DNA of 64,000 nucleotides, from positions 104,660,937-104,724,936 of the forward strand of contig NC_057717.1 of assembly GCF_004010195.1 (NCBI RefSeq), written 5' to 3'. The DNA is from Chiloscyllium plagiosum (taxonomy: Eukaryota). The notes under the pieces are model-generated. The model was not told the DNA's origin. It saw only the letters and a list, made by a program, of their open reading frames with translations, and ran no database searches. A program made the position numbers and the translations under genes. The first letter of the stretch is position 1. The number at the start of each line of letters is the position of its first letter. Positions 54,173 to 64,000 of this stretch are shown here, one piece after another.

Positions 54173-56123
54173 AGATGAAGAGTTGACGTATGGGTGTTAT
54201 TCAGCTTGGTTTGTTATGTAGGAACCAGTATTTGGGACAGAATATGTAATTGAAATAATCAAGTGTTTAGTTGTGCACAACCACAATGAGAATGACATGT
54301 CTCCTACTCAATTCTAAGAAACAACTTCTTTCTCTTCATATCTTGTTTCACCTCCTTATTGTTTATATTATGAGGAAAATTGCTCCTTTGAACTCCCCTA
54401 TATTACAAAAGTGTATAAAAAAACAAATACTTGCATCATAAATAATATTGCTTAATTGACTGCTTATGAACAAAGGTAGGGCTTTGATCTACAGCCTAAC
54501 TTGTAACCGCTGATCTAGGAGGTAATGGTTCAAGACCCAACTTCTCCAGAGATATTATAACAGGTTGATTAGGAAAATCCGTAACTGCCATAAGTATACT
54601 TTTTCAGAGCGTAGATCCCTAAAGATTTTCTAAAGATTCCACATTTAGAAAATAGCAATATGTTGTCTTACTGATAAAGTTTGTAAATTCACAACTATAC
54701 AAACTATAAGTTAGCATGTATCCTTGACATTTCAAACACTATATCTCAAAGTGTCAAAACTTTGCAAAGAAAAGCCCTTCTATCATGAACTCTCAAGGGC
54801 AAAACTGGCAGTATCTAATGTACAGATCCCATTCACCAACATTCAGCCTCGAACTGACCATAGGATGTATCTAATAATACTACCTCCGCCACGCCCAAGT
54901 AGTGATCAAGTGCAGCTTCACCGTACCAGCTAAACATTGCAACTATGTTCTGCCTCCTGACATCATAGGTGATGAACTACTTTACATACATGCTAGTATA
55001 TTTACAATTTACATGGCCATTTGTTTTAATATACTTTTGGGTACAATTAACATTTTCTGGTTTAAATACGATTCTAAAACCTGATATATCTGGTTCTAGC
55101 ATTGGCCATGGATAACAATATTAACATTACATGCCAGAATACTGAATTAATTGGTTCAGTGTCATGCATATGGACAATATAATGTATTCAAAATAAAATA
55201 AAAAGGACTAGATGCACTTTAAAGCAGGGAAGAAATCAGCAAGAAGCGCATAGGAAAACAAAAAAAAATTCAATACTCCTGAACAATGAATTGATTAAAC
55301 AAAGATTGATACATTTTAATATCCAACAGGCTCAACCAAACTAAATAGCAAACTTCTCCCATCAAAAGGGGCATCACTTTGCATAAAAGACATGGTAAAC
55401 GTTTTCTAATTTTGTTGCTGGAATAGACAATTGCATTCTTCAGCTCCTCCATATCCTCCAAAAAGCAATTATAATACAAATGGCTTTTTTAATTAACATT
55501 TTGGCACTTTTATCTATATATAAGTATAAAAATGTTAACAAGTTTTTAATGAAAAAGTGAAGAAACAGATATCCATAATTTTGGGGAACTCCAGTAAGAG
55601 TATTTGAAGGAGCAGTCAAGCCTTGTTTCTCTTACTCTCAATAAATCTCAAGCTGCTGATGCTAATTGACTTGTGTTTTACTTTAGTATTTATCCAACAC
55701 AAAATAGTGCAACAGTGCTAAGAACAGCCCTTTCCAAACCTTCAGGCCCAAAAAATTCAAATAGGACAAATGGGCAAGAGGGAGGTATGTTCAGATGGAA
55801 ACATACTTCATGAGGCTGCATGGGCTGTACTGCTAGGACTTACCAGCCATGCATGACCCAAGGCTTGTATACCCCAGATTTGCTGAGATGCAAAAATAAG
55901 TAACTATGTTGGGAGATCAGTGCTGTTAAAAATATTTCAATGTCTATTGGTGACTTCTGAAGTGGAACAGCATGAATGGAAATGTGTAAAAAGCATACAT
56001 CAAGCAAAATTGGAAGCACAGCAAATTAAGAAGAGCTGTTTGTCTTTCTCTGTATGATTCTTTCTCGGTTTCTTTTTTTGGATAGTATGACATCATTTGC
56101 GATTCAATCACTTCTCTCCACTA

Positions 56124-56255
<132 letters not shown>

Positions 56256-57059
56256 TCAAGAAGAGGATTTAGAAAACTGAAACAGAGAATTGTGGTTCAA
56301 TTTCCAATCTCCCCTGGACCTCTCTTCTAAACATCCTGTAAATTTTCATTCATACTACTTTTGAATGCTCTGAAAATCTTAGGCACAATGAGAAAGATGA
56401 AAAAAATTGATGACTGATTTCACTCTCTCAACACATGCTTTTCACTGAGAGTTATCCACAGGAACCAGCTGTATAGCCAAAGTTTATAACCATCTGTTTC
56501 TGAAGCACTTCATTTATAAAAAGTAAAATAGAATTTGAAAATAGAAGAGGACAATATTATTTTTGTAGCTAATGAGCTATGAAGAGAAGCTAAGTTTGAC
56601 AGTGAGTACTCTGACACCTAATGGTCAGTGAGGATTAAAGGATGGTGTCTGAACCCTGAATGAAAATAATGTTATAACAAATCTGGAATGATGATGATGA
56701 ATGGAGTGCAGGAATCTTAAATAAACTTGCCACTGAGTTGCTAGCTTTGGTGTCAAATTTCAAATGTCAGAGGGCAGCTGATTCTGCTGTAGATAAGAAT
56801 TTTATAAATGGCAAACGCTGGTTTTACAGTATAAATTAGCCACTAAGAAAGCAATTGAGCAAGTCCATACATCAAGAATGAGCAATAATACCAAAACCCA
56901 TGTTTAGCTGTGGTGTTAGAGTTAACCGGGGGGAGGAGATGAAATTAGGGAATTCAGATTATCATGCTCTTTCCCAATAATGTCACTCACTTGGTTCACA
57001 TGTAGTATTGACAGTGACATGACAGGAACCTGCCCTCCTGGTGGTATGCTATGAAAAGA

Positions 57060-57472
57060 TATGAGATAGGTTAGGGATTTTCCTTGGAGCAGAGAGGTTG
57101 AAGAGGAACCTGACTGAAGTCTACAAATTATGAGAGCCATAAATAGGTTAGATTGGAAGGAATATTTCCCTTTAATGGAGGGTTCATTAATGAGGATGCA
57201 TGGATTGAAGGTAAGGGGAGGGAGGTTTAGAGGGGATTTACGATCTTTTTTCACTCAGAGGATGGTGAATATCTGGAACTCACTGCCTAAAAAGGTGGCA
57301 AAGGTAGGAATGTCATAAAGTTTATGTAGTATTCGATGAGTACATGAAAACCCACAGGATACAAGGTAATGGCCAAGTGGTGGGAAATGGGATTAGAGTA
57401 GATAGTAGGCTTGATGATCAGTGTGGGCTTCATGAGCTGAAAAACCTCTTTCTATGTTATAATACTCTATGA
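57060..57472 (+). mobile_element. CR1 LINE 3' end
   Basis: RMHGLKVRGGRFRGDLRSFFTQRMVNIWNSLP. Confidence 0.8.
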
Positions 57473-57532
57473 CTCAATGTGTAAAGAACTGATGACAAAG
57501 AAAATGAAAGTTATAATGAGATCTGCACTTAC

Positions 57533-57640
57533 ATTTGTGAGGCGTGACCAGTAGATCAATTGTCTTCTGTGAGAGGTTTGGCCAGATGGACATCATCTCT
57601 TTCCTCAATTCTCGGTCCATTTGGTGTTTATCAGCCCCTC
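57533..57640 (-). CDS. CACNA1A: Cav2.1 exon (~exon 39), 108 nt
   Basis: cttag|GA...AAAT|gtaagt; encodes [36 protein letters not shown]; in frame with both neighbours. Confidence 0.96.
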
Positions 57641-58136
57641 CTAAGAGATAAAATTGGTAGAACATTTGGGATAAATTTTAAAAAGGCTGCAATTATTGCA
57701 AAAATGTCTTTATGGGCAACCACAATGGAACAAGGCTTGCTGTGCCACATGCAGATAGTACAGGTGGAAGGTTTCCCTGTATTATCTGGTAGTCTGCAAC
57801 TAAGCAAAGCAGTCATGGTATACAACTGAATTTTGTTTTACTGCCTGAAAGTGAGATGGAAACAGGTTCAATAAAGACAGTCAAGAGGGAATTATATGGT
57901 TATTTAAATAGTAACAATAAGCAGAGCTACTGGGAAAAGACAGGAGAATACTTAGAGGTGCTGTACAGCTTCTGCACCCTACATCAGTTTTGTGATTCTG
58001 AGATGAGAATACAATAGTTGATAATGTGAAATTATGTGGCAGTAAACCTTCATTTAAATGTCGGGGTACATCCATCTTTCACCTTTTAAGTATTGTGAAA
58101 TAATTATGCACAAGACTTATAAAAATCTTCACATTA

Positions 58137-58406
<270 letters not shown>

Positions 58407-61400
58407 TTAATCTAAACATTGTCAAATAGTTCATTCCATTCATGTACAAATGTAAATACATAGGTCATCATTGCAATTTAACACGATGCACACAAATATT
58501 CCGTGGAACAACACACAATGCAATGGTCATTCCCAGTTCCACTTGAGGTACTAACATCCAGTTAACAAACACAAGAGATGCAGGTGCATGCAACATGCAA
58601 AAGTACCCCACAGGACAAGCAGTGCAGTCAAGTTGACACAGAAGCTTCCAAGGAAAAGACACTGGATTTCATTCACAGCTACACTATAATAGGCTATTGC
58701 TTAAAATCTGCTCTCTCAATGCAATGGAGCATTATTCAAGGATAAGTAACAGCAGCATTCAGAGGTTCTTGAGTGAATTAGGAAGGAACAAGTATAGTGC
58801 ATTTAATGCAATTAAAGCTGGTGACAATGAAATGATTTCAACATTATTTTTCCGGGAAGTGCAATGCCAGTAATAGGGCTGAAAGAAAGCGAAAGATACA
58901 GTAATTGAGAGAGGAAGGTAGGCAAAGAAAGCATGAGATGGTTGGGTGGGGGTTGGGAAGGGGAATGAGACAGTGGGATAGCTGAAGCATGAGAGTGTTA
59001 TTAGGAGAGCTGTCCATAAAACAAGTTGTGCTTATATAAGGAAGAATAGAACTCATTTAATCCATACATGTTTTCACTCCAGGGTTGTGAAGTCTTCTAC
59101 TTTGTTGAGTTAGTGACATATTTCTATGGCTGTGTGCCTATGAACATGATGTTTGGACAGGAAACTATTGTTCCTCAGGTGGTCTCCAGATGTCTATCAG
59201 TAGTTGCACTAGGTCCTCAGGAGTGTGCCATTATTTCATTATTTGTAAAGGGTCTCAGCCAAGCTGATCTGGTTATTTGTGTTGTGAAGTGGAACATTCT
59301 GAAGGCACTCAAGTGCTGAACATGGTAGTGTTAACGTTTAGATCAGGACTACAATCCCAAACAGCATTTTGACTGTGAAGACCACTCTCAGGGATGACTG
59401 AACTCAGTACAATGCAGAGTGACAAAAAGGACACAACGTTCCATCAACAGGCAGCTCCTTATGTATATCAAGGATAGATCATTAGATTCTTCCTTGTTGA
59501 AGATGATCATTACCTGGTATTTGTGTGGTGTGAATTTTAGTAGCCAGTTATTAGTACAAATCTAGATATTTTCCAAGTTTTGCTGCATGTGGGTATGGCC
59601 TGCTTTAGTATCTTAGGAGTTGTGAACAGTACTGATCACTATACAATCATCAGTAAATATCCTCACTCCCTGACCTTATGATGGAGAGAATGTAATTGAG
59701 GAGGCAGCTGAAGGTTCTTGGGCCTGTGACGTTATACTGAAAACCTCAATGTTAGTTATGAATAAATGGGTGCACTTTAGAGTTAACCAGTCAGAACAAA
59801 AGATGCATATCTTTCACCATATAGAACCTCAAAGAATGCCTTGGAAGATTAGGGGGCATCAAGATTGTTACATTGCATCCTTCCCAACAGCACAGAATTT
59901 TCCAGACAAGTAGAAGTGCTTGGAAGGACAGGAAATGTCAGAAAAGATAAAAGGACATTAAAAAAAGCCCACGGATACAATAAGATAATCACAAAGGATA
60001 ATGTAAACATGGGGAGGTAAGAGGTTAAAGCAGTGAACTTTAACTGCTCCTTTATCTTTTTCACTTCTAAAAAGATTTCCCAGACTCTGGTGGTGGCTGG
60101 GGTAAGGTGGAAGTTTGATCTGTATTTGATGACATTCTTTGTGTAAACCAGAATGACAAGGCCAGCTCCTTTCAATGGGGAATTAGCTTTTGGAGGTTTT
60201 ACAAGCTAGTTGATTTATGAATGTCTAATGCTGGGTAATTTTTTTTGCTATCCTTAGTTTTCTCTCTCACTCTAGATTTTCTTCAGTTTTACAATCAGAG
60301 GTCTTTGTACGTATGTGGTATCAAAGCCAAGGCATTTGTGATCTGAATGGCAGAGATATATAAATGATGAAATATTTAACCAATTAATCGATGGAGGGGA
60401 ACTGCTTTTCGGTAGGGAACTCAATGAGTTGTGGGAAGTGCTGATCGTAACATTACAATAAATATCATATGTCAATACTGAGTTTTATGTTTATTTGAGA
60501 CTGGTGGAACAAACTGTGGAATCATTAGAGACTTAATTAATTGTTTGATATTATTCAACTATGGAAACTTTCAAAGTACTCTACTAACTGAACTGCTTAT
60601 TTTTGTGGTCATGTACAAAATCAACACATAAGGTATGGTACACAGTGTAGTGGAAAGCTTAACAGTGAATGGGGAGGAAAAAGATTTAAACTTACACCAC
60701 CCAGGGAAGATCAGGAAGGAAGGGACAGTTCTACTGGGGAAAGAAACAAGATCAGCCGCTACTGCTTATCAACAGACTTTTGAATTTGAACTATGGCCTT
60801 GAGAGGACAAAAGGTAGGAATGACCCCTGAGGGAGGGAGATTTAAACAGGGAATGCTGTGAGCCCAAGCTCTCTCACACTTCTTAAACTACAGTACATGA
60901 AGTGGGGTAAACCAGATCCGATGCATGGAGAAACAGGGAGATCATATAGTGAAGGGGACTATTTATCTAATTACCTAATTACAGAAAAGCAATAAAAATT
61001 GCTTATTTAAAATTTACAGTTAGAGCCATTGCCCCGCTCCTCTCAAATTCCTTTTTAATACCTTCCTCAAAAAAACTTTCTCAATATAGTCGGTTCAAAT
61101 ATTCCAAAGTACATATGTCAGCATCCTGACAGCCTGCGTCTGATGTCCACTTAATAAGTCCCATTCCTAATATCCTAAAGAATGTAAATCCACCTTGCAG
61201 CCTTTCAAAGGGAAATCTAAACAGCATAGATGATATGTCAGCAACAGTAAGGCAGCATGACTTATATCTAGGATTACCCAGTTGTAATACAAGTATTGAC
61301 TGACATCCCTTACGTAATGTCTGGAATATCTAGGAGGAAGCAGTAAGAATTCAATCAAAAAATTTCTACTGCTCCACATGATGAGGAACATTATGTGAGT

Positions 61401-62029
61401 AGCAATCAAACCTTAGTTCCTGAACAGCCAGCTAAATATAAAATAGACTGGAACATTATCACAAACCAATTGTTGTTAGTTAGTGTCAAACTTCATGTCC
61501 GCATGGGATGGTCTAATGTTTTGGCAGTGTTGAAGTGGGTATCTGTAATAGCAAGAGACTCCCCACCCCAATCGGTGAATAAGCCTGACAGGATCAAAAT
61601 CTGGCACCTAAGTGGTGATCAGGAGCTTTCTGGGCCAATCAGGTCCCGAGGCGAGATGTCCCACTCAAATTTAAGCTGCCGGCCAATCAATATTTGCACT
61701 GACAGATCTCTTCCCAAACAAATAATCTGGAGAGGAACTAGGGAAATTGAATTTTTGCAGACAATAAAGCAATCCTCAACATCAAGTGAAAAGCAGCCTG
61801 GCCTTGCAAGCCTGTCAGTCTAGACTTTAACCGTCACATCCATCTTGATCCCCAAGCATCATGCAATCTATGGATTGTCAGGCATGCCTTCGTCTTTCTT
61901 TCCCTTTTATTCTGTATAATAATTAGATAAACAAAAACTTATCACCATTACCTTTCCTGCACTGTTTAAAACTAAAGTTGTTAGAGGTGGTTATGATCAA
62001 GAATGCACTGCTTGAGAATTGGTGGAACA

Positions 62030-62590
62030 TAGGGACATAACAACATAGGAATTAGGAGTGGGAGTAGGCAATTCAGCTCTTCGAGCTCACTCCACCATTT
62101 AACATGATTGTGGTTGAGTTTATCCTGGTCTCAACTCCAGTTTCCTGCCTGCTCCACGTAGCCTTTTATCCCACTTTTCATCAGAAACCTAAATAGTATT
62201 TTTCTTGAATTTGTTGATTGATTCTGCCTCCACTACACTCTGGGGTAGAGTTCCATAGATTCACAACCCTCTGAAAGAAGTATTTTCTCCTCATCTTAGT
62301 TCTGAACTTACTTCCTCTCACTCTATATCTATGACCTCTTGTTTGAGAGTGTCCCACAAGGGAGAATATCTGTTCAATGTTCACTTTATCAAACCCCTTT
62401 AGCATTTTATATACCTCAAAAAATTCCTCCCTCATTCTTCTGAACTCCAGTGGGTACAAGTCCAAGCTATTCAACCACTCCTTTTATGGCAGCCCTTTCA
62501 TCCCTTGAATCAATCTGGTGAACTTCCTCCAAACTGCCTCCAATGTCACCACATCCTTCCTCAAGTTAAGAAGATCAAAACTGGACAAGG
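62030..62590 (-). mobile_element. CR1 LINE 3' end
   Basis: LYPLEFRRMR...EVYKMLKGFD...FFQRVVNLWNS. Confidence 0.85.
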
Positions 62591-62687
62591 GTACTGGATA
62601 AAAATGTTCAAGGCTTCAGGAAACTGTGGAGTGCGGGTCTGGCTGAGTTAATCTTGCAGAGAGCTGACACAGACATGCACCAACTGA

Positions 62688-62915
62688 TCTTCTGGGTGCT
62701 TCCATGTATCCAAAGTCCAAAGATGTACAGGTTAGATGGATTGGTCATGCTAAATTGCCCATAGTGTCCAGGGATGTGCAGACTGGGTGGATTAACCATG
62801 GGAAATTCAGGGTTACAGGGCTAGGGTAGGGGTTCGGTCGAGGTGGGATGCTCTTCAGAGGGTTAATGTGGACTAGATGGGCTGAATCATCTGCTTCCAC
62901 ACAGTAAGGTATTCT
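62688..62915 (+). mobile_element. older HE1-like SINE fragment
   Basis: gtccaaagatgtacaggttagatggattggtcatgctaaattgccc. Confidence 0.65.
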
Positions 62916-63636
62916 TTGATTTAAGATTCTGTACATAATTGTGTATTCTGACTGACAGAACATCAGGCATGCCATTTCAAGCTCATCACAGTGTAACTTA
63001 AGACTACTATCAATGTCTAGTTGTGAGCATATTGCTTGGGACCATAATCTCCAACATACTCCACTGCCCATCTTTCATAGTGTATTGTACATTACTATCT
63101 GTTCCTTGGTCTGTCACTCTATCCAACCCCTGTTTTCCCACAGAACATTCTTTCTGCAGTCCCACAGACTGAGACAGACCACTCCATCACTATCCATTTG
63201 AATCTCATTTCTAGTTTGTATCTTACCCTCAGTATCAAGACCATCTGTTTAAAGTCGCCAATAATATCTTTAATACTCTTAATCTCTCCATAGATTTTGA
63301 TACAACGAAACCTCTATTCTCAGTCTCAAAATACTTCTCTTGTACTTGCATTATCACATTCATTTTTAGCTCCCCTTCAATTTCTGGTTTATATACTGCT
63401 GGTGACCAGATCCATTGCTCACCTTATCTGTATGTTCACTTATCCAGCTATACTTTTTTTTGCAACTGCGCTTTCTATCCAGCTGTTTCAAGAAGAAATT
63501 TGAGGATGTTCCACAACTTTCTCTGGATTAATAACAGCAAGATTAAATCTGCTCCATTAGAAACTGGTCACTGTTGCAAACTCAACCCTACCCACCCACC
63601 CTACTGCCAGTTGGTCCTGAGGCTAAACCCAAAAAT

Positions 63637-63868
63637 AGATTAAAGCGGTACTGGAAAAGCACAGCAGGTCAGGCAGCATCGGAGGAGCAGGAAAATCGAT
63701 GTTTCAGGCAAAAGCCCTTCATCAGGAATGAGGCCTCATTGCTGAAGAAGGACTTTTGCCCGAAATGTCGATTTTCCTGCTCCTCGGATGCTGCCTGCTC
63801 TGCTGTGCTTTTCCAGCACCACTCTAAACTTGACTCTAATCTCCAGCATCTGCAGTACCCACTTTTGC
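63637..63868. mobile_element. same family, fold-back with two opposed cores
   Basis: TSD ctaaacccaaaaat at 63623-63636 and 63869-63882. Confidence 0.75.
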
Positions 63869-64000
63869 CTAAACCCAAAAATGCACATCCTCAATATCCC
63901 AAATTAGCCCAAACTGAGCTTTGCACTCCACCTGGTTTTACTGCCATATGTTATCTCCTGTGCAATTGCTCATGTCCCTCTCTACTTCACCTTCCCTGCT

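Noticed and set aside
61314..61329. 16-nt AG-GT segment with a good pyrimidine tract
   Set aside because: It is frame-disrupting with no other support; such pseudoexons are common.
61395..61823. 142-aa plus-strand ORF
   Set aside because: No recognisable motif, a non-ATG start, and it is intronic antisense.

Overview
This is eukaryotic, repeat-rich vertebrate DNA. The HE1-type SINEs and CR1/L2 LINE remnants point to a cartilaginous fish (shark). The whole window lies inside the 3' part of a minus-strand Cav2.1 calcium-channel gene (CACNA1A). I read nine GT-AG exons that splice in frame, equivalent to human exons ~38-46 (post-EF-hand, IQ-like motif, the 36-nt exon 44 and the poly-His exon). 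Exons 37a/b and 47 were not found and probably lie outside the window. Introns carry CR1/L2 LINEs, tRNA-derived SINEs, degenerate Gypsy gag/integrase remnants and minisatellites. Two things stand out. (1) About a dozen short, mostly TSD-flanked and often fold-back retro-insertions carry minimal Penelope-type hammerhead ribozyme cores, and five of these cores are intact on the pre-mRNA strand. (2) A repeat-free block in intron 44 holds candidate 27-nt and 6-nt microexons, an RBFOX motif cluster and a putative alternative last exon. That exon has an ORF of 11-aa Leu-rich repeats followed by a UTR-like tail and AATAAA. Most short ORFs in the supplied track are repeat-derived or spurious. Exon numbering and homologies come from recall, not from database searches.
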